Shown: positions 1-9,462 of the stretch, piece after piece
Layout: every line of letters begins with the position of its first letter
How positions within the stretch are numbered: the first letter of the stretch is position 1
Origin: a virus
Taxonomy: Duplodnaviria; Caudoviricetes
DNA: 64,000 nt
Direction: 5' to 3' (one strand)
IMG/VR virus record: IMGVR_UViG_3300046473_000190
Coordinates: 1 to 64,000 of that record
Position numbers and translations under genes: made by a program
Notes under the pieces: model-generated
What the model saw: only the letters and a program-made list of their open reading frames with translations
The model's database searches: none
Told to the model about the DNA's origin: nothing

Positions 1-114
1 CGCCTGCAGTCTTGATCCCCTGATCGTCACGCGCCGTGACGGTTTAACCGCCCCACTAACCATGGCAGCGCCTGCCGGGTACGGGCTGATAGCCCTAGCT
101 CGGAGCCTAACGCC

Positions 115-726
115 GTGGCTAATACACAGTCGCAGTACGGATTCGCCCATTTCGGCTATTTGCCTGGGTATGCCGTCGACTATCAATTGACCCAAGTTCC
201 CATCCGTCCGGCCTACTCGACGCAAATCGGGTTTGGCGATCCGGTCGTCAAAGAAGCGACTAATTCGGCTTTTATCGCCTTGGCGACGCCGACAACCGTT
301 ACGTCCAACGTCCTGATGGGCATTTTTCAGGGTTGTTGGTATACGCCAAGCGGCGGCGGCGCACCGATTTACTCGCCATTCTGGCCTGGAGCGCAGGGCG
401 GCACGGTCGCAACCGCGTACATCATTAACAGCCCAGGCGCCTTGTTCAGGGTCGCGTCTTACAGCGCCCCGCTCGGTTCCGGCACCATTGGCGAACTTGT
501 GAACTTCTCCGGCGGCGCCCCCAACACGACAGGCGGCGGCTTCTCGATCGCAACCATTGATCCCGGCACGGTTGCCACGGCTGGCACGACGGCTTCTGCC
601 CTGCCTTTCAAGATTGTGTCGCTCTATCCCGGCATCGGCAACGGGTCGGACCCGACCACTAACTACAATTGGGTAATCGTCGCATTCAACAGCCAGACCT
701 ACCGCACGTTGGGCGGTGGCCTGTAA
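115..726 (+). CDS. putative capsid-associated/decoration protein
   Basis: 203 aa G/T/A/P-rich ORF (GTG start after CGGAG), directly upstream of the major capsid gene; function from position only. Confidence 0.55.
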   Translation: MANTQSQYGFAHFGYLPGYAVDYQLTQVPIRPAYSTQIGFGDPVVKEATNSAFIALATPTTVTSNVLMGIFQGCWYTPSGGGAPIYSPFWPGAQGGTVATAYIINSPGALFRVASYSAPLGSGTIGELVNFSGGAPNTTGGGFSIATIDPGTVATAGTTASALPFKIVSLYPGIGNGSDPTTNYNWVIVAFNSQTYRTLGGGL

Positions 727-739
727 GGAGCAATGACCA

Positions 740-1654
740 ATGCCCGTCGCATTAGCAAACATTCGGTCGGAATTGCTTCCTGGACTGTTCGATGTCCGCG
801 GCAGTTACGACATGATCCCACGGCAGTGGGACCGAGTCTTCACGACACGCCAATCGAACATGGCGGTCGAACGCTCGACGCAAATGGCGTTCGTAGCGTT
901 GCCGTACCTCAAGGATGAGGGGGCGGCAACACAGTTCGACAACAACTCCGGCGAGCGATTTACGTGGGCGTTCGTGCATCTTGAGGTCGCGCTGGGTTAC
1001 GCAATCACGCGCAAGGCCATTGATGACCTGCTTTACAAGCAGCAGTTCAATCCGACCAATCTGAAGCTTCAAGAGGCTTTCGCGCAGTTCAAGGAAATTC
1101 AGGCGGCAAACGTCCTGAATCTTGGGCAGACTTATAACGCTTCCATCGTTGGCGATGGTGTGGCGCTGTTCTCGGCCTCACATCCGTTCGATGGCGGAAC
1201 CTGGGCCAATACCTCGACTGTGCCCAAGAGCCTCAACGAATCGACGCTGTTGGCCGATATGACCAACGTTCGCACCCAGTTCGTCAACGAACGCGGCTTG
1301 CGTATTCTGTCGCGTGCCAGGCGTCTTGTGGTGCCGCCGAACCTCGAGCCGATCGCTATTCGGTTGACCAAGACGGAGCTTCGACCTGGTACGGCCGACA
1401 ACGATGTGAACGCCATCCTGACGCTTTCGGGCGGTCTGCCGGAAGGCTTCATCGTTTTGGACTTCCTCACGAGCAACTTCGCGTGGTTCCTGACCACGAA
1501 CATCGAAGGGCTCATCCACATGCTGCGCGTGCCATACGAGAGCGACATGTGGGTTGACAATATTACTGACAACCTGCTCGTAAAGGCCTACGAGCGTTAC
1601 AGTTTCGGGTACAACGACCCACGTGCAGCGTGGGGCGAGTTCCCATCTTCGTAA
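740..1654 (+). CDS. major capsid protein (Mu gpT-like family)
   Basis: 304 aa, RBS AAGGAG; N-terminal ELLPGL, LVVPPNL, FLTSNFAWFL and C-terminal VKAYERYSFGYNDPR resemble gpT-like capsid proteins. Confidence 0.8.
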   Translation: MPVALANIRSELLPGLFDVRGSYDMIPRQWDRVFTTRQSNMAVERSTQMAFVALPYLKDEGAATQFDNNSGERFTWAFVHLEVALGYAITRKAIDDLLYKQQFNPTNLKLQEAFAQFKEIQAANVLNLGQTYNASIVGDGVALFSASHPFDGGTWANTSTVPKSLNESTLLADMTNVRTQFVNERGLRILSRARRLVVPPNLEPIAIRLTKTELRPGTADNDVNAILTLSGGLPEGFIVLDFLTSNFAWFLTTNIEGLIHMLRVPYESDMWVDNITDNLLVKAYERYSFGYNDPRAAWGEFPSS

Positions 1655-1677
1655 TGCGCGACTGACGGAGCGACCTT

Positions 1678-2949
1678 ATGGGTGACACTAATTTCCGCGG
1701 TCCCGTAGTCTCGATGGGGGCTCTCGAGGTCGAGAGCGGCACATCCGCTTCAATCCAGCCGTTCGACGGACCGAGCGGATCGTATCAGGGCTATGCGCTG
1801 CTTGATCCGCATGCTGTGTATCCTGCGACTGGGAATCCGGCTACGGCGCCGGCCTTTATGGTCAACCCGTCGCTGATCGGTGTTGATACCATTCCGCAGA
1901 CTTTCAACACGACGTTGCTTGGGGCGGCGCAGATCGGAACCATCGGTTCAACAGTCGCTCTAGCGACGGTCGCGGTGACGAACTTTTCGGCTGGCGCGGC
2001 TTCGATTGCTTTCGGTGTGCCGTTTATCCCGAGCGGCACGACAACGCCGATCAATGTCATTGCGCTGGATTTTGGCTTTACCACGGGCACGACGGTAGCC
2101 AATAGTTCCGTGGTGACTTGCCCGAATAATACGCTGTTCCAGGTTGGACAATGGGTTGTTCTGGGCAATGTGGCCAATGCGGCGGGTACGGCGAGCCTAA
2201 TCACGCAGGTGCAGTCGCTTGGCTCGACGGCGGGTGCCACGAGTTCCATTACGGTCGGTCCGAACCTGCCGGCGACAGCGCTTGGCATCCCTATCGGCGG
2301 GGCCAATGCGTTCGCCACGGGATTGGTGCCGCCCGCCTATCAGTTTGGGCCATCGGCCACAATTCCGAACGGAGTAACCAAGCATCTGGCGGCCGGTAAG
2401 TTGCGCGTTGCAAATCCGGCCGAGAATTGCGCTCGCGGTTTGCAGGTACAGGTATCCACCAACGCCGCATCCGGTGCGGGCGCTGTGACCATTACGGGTT
2501 ACGATATCTATCACAACCTGATGACCGAACAGATGACGGCTTCGGCCGGTACCACTCCGGTCTATGGCAAGAAGGCGTTCAAGTACATTTCATCCGGCGT
2601 GTTCACGGCCAATACGGGGACGGCCAATCTTAGCCTTGGCATTTCCGATGTGATGGGGTTGGCGTTCAAATGTGACTATGTGCAGCAATTGGAGTATTGG
2701 GCTGGCAACACGGCGTCGCTCAATAACGTCGGTTTCTCGGCGGCCTCCATGGTTGCGGCGACCAATACGACGTTGGACGTGCGCGGTGTGATCCAGTTGT
2801 CCGGCATTGGCGGCGGGTCGGCCCTGACAAATGCGGCGACGACTAACAACGTGCTGCGATTTACCGTTGCGCACGACGTACCGCCGTATGCTATGACGCT
2901 GACGACACCGAACAATCTCATGCAGATGTTCGGCACGACACAGGCTTAA
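1678..2949 (+). CDS. putative virion structural protein
   Basis: 423 aa T/G/A/V-rich, beta-type composition, immediately after the capsid gene. Confidence 0.5.
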   Translation: MGDTNFRGPVVSMGALEVESGTSASIQPFDGPSGSYQGYALLDPHAVYPATGNPATAPAFMVNPSLIGVDTIPQTFNTTLLGAAQIGTIGSTVALATVAVTNFSAGAASIAFGVPFIPSGTTTPINVIALDFGFTTGTTVANSSVVTCPNNTLFQVGQWVVLGNVANAAGTASLITQVQSLGSTAGATSSITVGPNLPATALGIPIGGANAFATGLVPPAYQFGPSATIPNGVTKHLAAGKLRVANPAENCARGLQVQVSTNAASGAGAVTITGYDIYHNLMTEQMTASAGTTPVYGKKAFKYISSGVFTANTGTANLSLGISDVMGLAFKCDYVQQLEYWAGNTASLNNVGFSAASMVAATNTTLDVRGVIQLSGIGGGSALTNAATTNNVLRFTVAHDVPPYAMTLTTPNNLMQMFGTTQA

Positions 2950-2963
2950 GAAGGAGCGATCCG

Positions 2964-3341
2964 ATGAAGGGCGCAAAAGGCCATCACCACGGCAAACGGC
3001 ACAAGAAAGCGGCCGGCGGCCGTGAAGAAATGTGGGTGTCCGGCAATCCTGACGTTAAGAAAGAGGCCGAAGGCAAGGAGCCTTACGACAAGGGCGACGA
3101 GAAGCGCGAAGGTCACGAGCCGAAAAAGCACGGCGGACGCGCCAAGCATCATCGCAAGGATGGCGGCAAGGTGCTCGGCCTGATGACCGGCGGCAATGTT
3201 CGCCCTCGGCTTGATCGTCCGGGCCGTAAGCGTGGCGGTGGGGTCGGTTCTGACCGCAGCCCGTTGTCGTCCGCGCATCGCACATCAGGTGCGGAATCGC
3301 ATCCGAAGTCAGAGGATAGTTACGGCGGGACGCCCAAGTAG
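2964..3341 (+). CDS. basic hypothetical protein with repeated xxGG motifs
   Basis: RBS AAGGAG; K/R/H/G-rich; KAAGG, KKHGG, RKDGG, RKRGG. Confidence 0.6.
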   Translation: MKGAKGHHHGKRHKKAAGGREEMWVSGNPDVKKEAEGKEPYDKGDEKREGHEPKKHGGRAKHHRKDGGKVLGLMTGGNVRPRLDRPGRKRGGGVGSDRSPLSSAHRTSGAESHPKSEDSYGGTPK

Positions 3342-3348
3342 GTGAATT

Positions 3349-3576
3349 ATGGCCAAATTGACGGCGGCGAAGCGCAACAGGCTGCCGGCGTCAACATTCG
3401 CCGGCCCGGACAGGTCGTACCCCATTAATGACCTGAGTCATGCCAGGGACGCGCTTGCAAGGGCGAGTGGCAATGCCGGGCCTGAGTTAAAAGCGCATAT
3501 CCGGGCTGCGGTGCATAAGAAATTTCCTGGCATCAAGCAGCATGACGAGGGCGCACATCCGAAGCGCCATAGTTAG
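3349..3576 (+). CDS. small phage protein, DUF6582-like
   Basis: LTAAKRNRLPASTFA..RSYPINDLSHARDAL motif, recalled as typical of this family. Confidence 0.5.
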   Translation: MAKLTAAKRNRLPASTFAGPDRSYPINDLSHARDALARASGNAGPELKAHIRAAVHKKFPGIKQHDEGAHPKRHS

Positions 3577-3588
3577 GAGAGGCGCTCC

Positions 3589-4218
3589 ATGCAGCCAACT
3601 GTCGTCCAATATGGCCTGATCGCCAGTTCAACCACGGTCATTGTCAACAATTACAGCACGGCAACCACCATATTGCCGCTGGTGAGCATTCCAGTGACGC
3701 TGGATGTGCAGCGCCGCGTCAACTTCACGTTTGCCGCCAACGAAAGTGCAAACACGTTTCGTATTGTCGGCCTCAACCAGGCCAATATGACGATCAGCGA
3801 AACGATAACCGGCAGCAATGCAACGCAGCGAGAAACGCTGCTGGACTACTTCAAGATTATTTCCATCACGGCGGCCAGCAATATCGGCGGGGCGGTGTCG
3901 GTTGGAACCGATTCGAACGGCGGCAGTCTGTGGAACATCGTCAATTGGCACGTTACGCCGGTCAACATCCAATATGCCTGCATCTTGTCCGGAACGCTCA
4001 ATGCGACGTTCACAATTCAATATACGTATGACGATCCGAATAACCTGCCGGTTGGCGTGACGGCGCCGCAGGCATTCAATCATCCAACGATAACCAACCA
4101 GACAGCCACGATTGACGGCTCGTCTAACGATCCGATTACGGCGTGGCGTTTGCTGATTAGCGGCGGAACCGCTACGATACGCGCGATCGGCATTCAAGCT
4201 GGGATTGGCGGACCGTAA
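3589..4218 (+). CDS. putative structural protein
   Basis: 209 aa beta-rich ORF, RBS AGGAG, tightly packed operon. Confidence 0.5.
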   Translation: MQPTVVQYGLIASSTTVIVNNYSTATTILPLVSIPVTLDVQRRVNFTFAANESANTFRIVGLNQANMTISETITGSNATQRETLLDYFKIISITAASNIGGAVSVGTDSNGGSLWNIVNWHVTPVNIQYACILSGTLNATFTIQYTYDDPNNLPVGVTAPQAFNHPTITNQTATIDGSSNDPITAWRLLISGGTATIRAIGIQAGIGGP

Positions 4219-4832
4219 TGGCGGATCCTATCGGAACCCAAGGCATTGCGCAGCAGCGCACAACCGGCGACGTCGATTTGGCGTTCGAGGGCGGGTTGGA
4301 CTTTGTGTCTCGCATAAACCTGCTGCAACAGAAGAAGGCCGAATACGAGCAGGCCTTGGTCGCGCTGCGATTGGGAACGACTGCCAAGGACGCCTTCGAC
4401 CAATCCAGAGAGAAACTGAAGGAAGCCGCTGATGCCCAGAAGGCTGCAGCGGCCATTCTGGCCGACGCTCGGGCTAAAGCCACTGAACTTGTGCAGGACG
4501 CGCAGGGGCAGGTGATGCGCCTGAAGGCCGACGCCCAGAAAGAGGCGGAACAGAAGGTAGCGGATGCGGAAACCGTTCGGCAGCGTGCCTTGCGCGAGGT
4601 GGACGATATGCGGAAGGAGGCCACGGAAACGTTGGCCAACGCCAAGCAAAAACTGAAGGATGTCAAAGCGGCTGATGCCGTGGCCAAGGCGGCAACAGAT
4701 GCGCATCGCAAGGCGGATGAGGCGGCAAGGGCCGCCGCTGCGGAGAGTGCGGACACGGCCGCCAAGTATCATGCTAAGATTGAGCGTCTGAATTCCATTT
4801 TGGCTGCGGAGTTAGCCTCAGAGAGCCGCTAA
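4218..4832 (+). CDS. coiled-coil hypothetical protein
   Basis: A/K/E/Q-rich heptad-like sequence; start overlaps previous stop (TAATG). Confidence 0.6.
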   Translation: MADPIGTQGIAQQRTTGDVDLAFEGGLDFVSRINLLQQKKAEYEQALVALRLGTTAKDAFDQSREKLKEAADAQKAAAAILADARAKATELVQDAQGQVMRLKADAQKEAEQKVADAETVRQRALREVDDMRKEATETLANAKQKLKDVKAADAVAKAATDAHRKADEAARAAAAESADTAAKYHAKIERLNSILAAELASESR

Positions 4833-7800
4833 ATGGACGCAAGCGGCAACAATTCCCCCGATCTGGTAGTAACGACGCAGGGAACCGGCCCCGGCGAGCT
4901 TGTTTGGCTGGCGTCTGGCCAGCAGATTGCCGTTTCCGGTATCAGTATCAGCGGCATCAGCATTTCCGCTGGCCCTCAAACCACGACGCAGGCGTCCACA
5001 GGTGTCACCGGCGCTTTCGTCTGGCTGGCCGGCAGTCAGACGATATCGGTTCAGATTTCCGGGATTGCGCCGACGACGACGGCCAGCGGGATGTCTGGGG
5101 TTACCGGCGTCCCAGTCTGGGTGGCTAATCCGGGGTCCGGTAGCGGGGCAACCGCGTCGGCGACGTCCCAGAGTGCGATGTCCACCGGGCTTGGTGTCTG
5201 GCTGGCGCCTACTCAGACGGTGACGGCGGCTATCTCTGGGGTGGCTCCGACGACCACGGCAAGTGGCTTATCGGGTATTACAGGCCTTCCGGTTTGGGTG
5301 GCGAACCCTGGTTCAGGCAGCGGCGCTACGGCCTCGGCAACGTCGCAGAGCGCGATGTCCACGGCCTTGGGGGTCTGGTTAGCCCAAACGCAAACGATGG
5401 CCTTGGTGTCCACCGTAGCGACGCTGTTGGGCACTGTGGCGGTGTCGCAGGTCGCAGCGGTCAGCCTATCGAGCATTGCCGCTACGACAACGGCTAGTGG
5501 ACTCTCCGGCGTTACCGGCCTGCCCGTATGGGTCGCGAATCCCAGTACCGGAAGCGGCGCTACCGCCACATCGCAAAGCGCCATGTCTACAGCGTTGGGG
5601 GTGTGGCTCGCACCTACTCAGACGATATCGCTGGTATCCACGATCGTAACCGTGCTTGGCACTGCCGTGGTGTCGGTGGTGCCTGGCCTGTCCGTTTCGG
5701 CTGTTGTCTCCGGCACCGTCTCGTTGGTGACCGTTTCGACAATTGGGACGCTTTTGGGAACCGTTGCCGTTTCGCAGGTGGCTGCGGTAAGTCTGTCGGG
5801 GGCGGGTGCAACTGTAACTCAATCGAGCCTCACGACTGGTATTCCCGTTATTTTTGTCCAGACGCAGACGCTGGGCGCAGTCAACACCATCATTACCATT
5901 CTCGGCACCCAGGTTGTCAGCGTTGTGCCGGGTTTGTCGGTTTCGGCCGTCGTGTCTGGCACGGTTTCGCTAGCCACTATTTCCGGAACGACCACGGCTT
6001 CGGGCCTGTCCGGTGTTACAGGTCTTCCCGTTTGGGTTGCCAATCCAGGTTCGGGCAGTGGGGCCACCGCGTCCGCGACTAGCCAGAGTGCGATGTCTAC
6101 CGCCTTGGGCGTGTGGCTGGCCCCAACCCAAACGATGACTGTCACCGCCTTGATTAGCGGTGTGACGCCAACGACGACGGCGTCGGGCCTTTCCGGTGTC
6201 ACTGCCTTGCCCGTCTGGGTCGCGAATCCTGGCTCTGGCAGTGGTGCAACGGCTAGCGCGACCAGCCAAAGCGCCATGTCAACCGCTCTTGGCGTCTGGC
6301 TGGCCCAGACGCAGACCATGGCTTTGGTATCGACCGTTGGCACCATCCTGAACATTACGGTCGTTTCCACAGTCGTGACGGTGCTCGGCACCGTGGCGGT
6401 GTCCCAAGTCGCTGCGGTAAGCATCTCGAGCGTGGTAGCCACCACAACGGCCAGCGGCCTGTCTGGTGTTACCGGTCTACCGGTCTGGGTCGCGAATCCG
6501 GGTTCCGGCAGTGGGGCCACTGCGAGTGCAACATCGCAAAGCGCAATGTCTACGGCATTGGGCGTGTGGCTTGCTCAGACGCAGACGCTGTCCTTGGTAT
6601 CTACGATCGTTACTATTCTCGGCACGCAGATCGTTTCTGTCGTTCCTGGCCTATCGGTTTCTGCGGTGGTTTCGGGCACTGTCTCGCTGGCGACTATTTC
6701 TGGAACCACGACCGCATCCGGATTGTCGGGCGTTACCGGCTTGCCGGTATGGGTAGCGAACCCGGGCAGCGGAAGCGGCGCGACCGCGTCAGCCACTAGC
6801 CAAAGTGCCATGTCTACCGCACTTGGGGTATGGCTCGCTCAAACACAGACGCTATCGCTTATTTCAACGATTGTGACGGTGTTGGGAACCGTCTTGGTTT
6901 CTGAGGCGGGACCGGTTTCAATCTCTGGCATTGTCGTTACCACCACGGCTAGCGGCCTGTCGGGTGTCACAGGTCTTCCGGTCTGGGTAGCGAACCCCGG
7001 CTCAGGCAGCGGTGCCACCGCGTCAGCCACATCGCAGAGTGCGATGTCGACTGCGTTGGGCGTTTGGCTAGCGCAGACACAGACCCTATCGCTGGTGTCC
7101 ACCATCGTAACTGTGCTTGGCACGGTGTTGGTCAGTGAAGCCGGGCCAATTTCCATCTCGGGCATTGTACCGACCACGACCGCGTCTGGCCTGTCCGGCG
7201 TCACCGGCCTACCGGTATGGCAGGTTGGCGGTGGCAGCGGGGCGACGGCGACGGCTACCTCTCAGAGCGCCATGTCCACGGCCCTCGGCGTTTGGCTAGC
7301 CCAAACTCAGACCATGTCGCTGGTTTCCACCATCGTGACGGTGCTTGGCACGCAGGTGGTAACGGTTGTTCCAGGGTTGTCGGTGTCGGCGGTGGTCAGT
7401 GGTACGGTGTCGCTTGTCACGGTGTCCACGGTAGCTACCATCGTAACCCTACTCGGCACTGTGCTTGTCTCTCAGGTTCCTGGGGCGAGTGTTACTATTG
7501 GCGGCGCTGGTGCCACAACGACGCAGTCGAGCCTAACGACCGGCATTCCGATTGTTTTTGTGCAGACGCAGACTATCGGGGCTGTCAATACCATTGTGAC
7601 CATCCTCGGCACGCAGGTTGTCTCAGTCGTGCCTGGATTGTCTGTCTCGGCCGTCGTCTCCGGTACGGTTTCTTTGGTGACCGTGTCTACTGTGGCGACC
7701 ATCGTGACCCTGCTTGGCACGGTGCAGATCAGCGGCACGATCATCAACAGTGGTGCCACCACGACGCAGTCGAGCCTGACGACCGGACTTCCCGTCATTT

Positions 7801-9095
7801 TCGTTCAGACGCAAACCATCTCGCTGGTTTCCACCATCGTGACTATCCTTGGCACGCAGGTTGTCAGTGTGGTGCCTGGATTGTCCGTGTCTGCCGTTGT
7901 TTCCGGCACGGTTTCGTTGGTTACCGTATCCACGGTTGCGACCATCGTAACTCTACTCGGCACGGTACTTGTTTCTCAAGTCAATGCCGGATCAGTTCAG
8001 ATCTCCGGCATTGTGCCAACGACCACGGCGTCCGGGCTTTCCGGTGTCACCGGCTTGCCGGTCTGGCTGGTTGGCGGTAGCGGCGCCGCTGCAACGGCGA
8101 CATCGCAGAGTGCCATGTCAACGGCACTGGGCGTGTGGTTAGCGCCGACGCAGACAATGACTGTGGCGATTCAGACACTGGCCGGTACGACGACGGCTTC
8201 CGGCTTGTCAGGCATTACTGGACTGCCGGTTTGGATCGGCAACACGGTATCCGTCAGCGTTTCCGTGTCGGTGTCCATCAGTGGGCCAGCGCCTGCAACT
8301 GCCACCAGCCAGAGCGCGATGTCTACCGCGTTGGGTGTTTGGCTTGCCCAGACCCAGACTATGGCTGTTGTTTCCACCGTCGCCACTATTGTAACGCTGC
8401 TTGGCGTGGTGGCTATTAGTGGCACGATTGTCAACAGTGGAGCGACGACGACTCAGTCTAGCCTGACGACAGGGTTGGCTGTGCTTTTTGTCCAAACGCA
8501 GACGATGGCGATCGTATCAACGGTTGGAACCCTTGTAACGCTTTTGGCCGGCTCGGTCACGGTGACCGGGTTCTCGGCCTTCTCTGTGATGTTTTCCTCG
8601 TTTTCCGCCGAACAGTCGACTGGCGTTACTATTCAGCAGTCGGCCCAGGTCCCGGTGAATATTGCGGGAACCATTCTGTTGGCCGCCGCCGCGTCATCGT
8701 CGGTTCTTACGCCGTTTACTATCAACGTCGGCACTACCGCCGCGACGGTGACAAGTGCGTGGTCTATTCCGGCCACCAACTTTCGGCTATACGCAGTCAA
8801 TATCTTTGTCACCGGAGCAGGCGCGACAACGCCCACGGCGGGGTATTTCCAAGTGGCTTACTCGAGTGCCGGCACGACGGGGACGGCTACATCGCCGGCC
8901 ATCCTCAGCACCAAGCCGCAATTGGTAAAAATACCGATAGGGTTTGGACCGGCCGCGTTGTCGGTCGGTATTGTCGGCGGCCAGTTGGATATCGGTGGCG
9001 GTCTTACTCAAACCATCATGCTGTGGTTCAACTATCCGGGAACGACGAATACGTCGGCAACGATGATGTTTAACCTCTTGGGGTATCTGTTCTAA
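4833..9095 (+). CDS. giant Ser/Thr/Val/Gly-rich modular repeat protein, putative virion fibre/surface protein
   Basis: 1420 aa; 11 copies of TSQSAMST(A/G)LGVWLA(P/Q)TQT, 6 of VVPGLSVSAVVSGTVSL, 4 of TQSSLTTG...FVQTQT; about ten charged residues in total. Confidence 0.8.
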   Translation: MDASGNNSPDLVVTTQGTGPGELVWLASGQQIAVSGISISGISISAGPQTTTQASTGVTGAFVWLAGSQTISVQISGIAPTTTASGMSGVTGVPVWVANPGSGSGATASATSQSAMSTGLGVWLAPTQTVTAAISGVAPTTTASGLSGITGLPVWVANPGSGSGATASATSQSAMSTALGVWLAQTQTMALVSTVATLLGTVAVSQVAAVSLSSIAATTTASGLSGVTGLPVWVANPSTGSGATATSQSAMSTALGVWLAPTQTISLVSTIVTVLGTAVVSVVPGLSVSAVVSGTVSLVTVSTIGTLLGTVAVSQVAAVSLSGAGATVTQSSLTTGIPVIFVQTQTLGAVNTIITILGTQVVSVVPGLSVSAVVSGTVSLATISGTTTASGLSGVTGLPVWVANPGSGSGATASATSQSAMSTALGVWLAPTQTMTVTALISGVTPTTTASGLSGVTALPVWVANPGSGSGATASATSQSAMSTALGVWLAQTQTMALVSTVGTILNITVVSTVVTVLGTVAVSQVAAVSISSVVATTTASGLSGVTGLPVWVANPGSGSGATASATSQSAMSTALGVWLAQTQTLSLVSTIVTILGTQIVSVVPGLSVSAVVSGTVSLATISGTTTASGLSGVTGLPVWVANPGSGSGATASATSQSAMSTALGVWLAQTQTLSLISTIVTVLGTVLVSEAGPVSISGIVVTTTASGLSGVTGLPVWVANPGSGSGATASATSQSAMSTALGVWLAQTQTLSLVSTIVTVLGTVLVSEAGPISISGIVPTTTASGLSGVTGLPVWQVGGGSGATATATSQSAMSTALGVWLAQTQTMSLVSTIVTVLGTQVVTVVPGLSVSAVVSGTVSLVTVSTVATIVTLLGTVLVSQVPGASVTIGGAGATTTQSSLTTGIPIVFVQTQTIGAVNTIVTILGTQVVSVVPGLSVSAVVSGTVSLVTVSTVATIVTLLGTVQISGTIINSGATTTQSSLTTGLPVIFVQTQTISLVSTIVTILGTQVVSVVPGLSVSAVVSGTVSLVTVSTVATIVTLLGTVLVSQVNAGSVQISGIVPTTTASGLSGVTGLPVWLVGGSGAAATATSQSAMSTALGVWLAPTQTMTVAIQTLAGTTTASGLSGITGLPVWIGNTVSVSVSVSVSISGPAPATATSQSAMSTALGVWLAQTQTMAVVSTVATIVTLLGVVAISGTIVNSGATTTQSSLTTGLAVLFVQTQTMAIVSTVGTLVTLLAGSVTVTGFSAFSVMFSSFSAEQSTGVTIQQSAQVPVNIAGTILLAAAASSSVLTPFTINVGTTAATVTSAWSIPATNFRLYAVNIFVTGAGATTPTAGYFQVAYSSAGTTGTATSPAILSTKPQLVKIPIGFGPAALSVGIVGGQLDIGGGLTQTIMLWFNYPGTTNTSATMMFNLLGYLF

Positions 9096-9105
9096 CCAGA
9101 AAGGA

Positions 9106-9438
9106 ATGACAATGAGCTATTCGACAGCAACCCCCGAGCAACAGGCGATCGTCAAGAACTTCGTCCTGCTCGAGCGCGCTGCTACCGTACAGATGTGGCA
9201 ATTAAACAACACCATTGCTGCCTTGGTGCAAAACTGGAACGCTAGCGTGTTGGGCATTCTGGGGTCGCCGCAGGGTATTTCAATCCCTGACGGGACGAGC
9301 TATGCCGGGGCGACGACGTTGACCGACACACAGGTGACGAACCTATTTGGCATTTTGCAGACCATGCAGACGACGAATTTTACGCCATCCAACGAGGCAT
9401 TGTTTGTCTTGGCGACCGGCCCGAATAATATGCTGTGA
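9106..9438 (+). CDS. hypothetical protein
   Basis: 110 aa ORF with RBS AAAGGA, in operon. Confidence 0.6.
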   Translation: MTMSYSTATPEQQAIVKNFVLLERAATVQMWQLNNTIAALVQNWNASVLGILGSPQGISIPDGTSYAGATTLTDTQVTNLFGILQTMQTTNFTPSNEALFVLATGPNNML

Positions 9439-9462
9439 TCATGATTGCGAAGGAGCGGGTAA

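Noticed and set aside
4833-9095. Diversity-generating retroelement TR/VR pair
   Set aside because: No reverse transcriptase is present, and differences between repeats are synonymous at all bases rather than adenine-specific.
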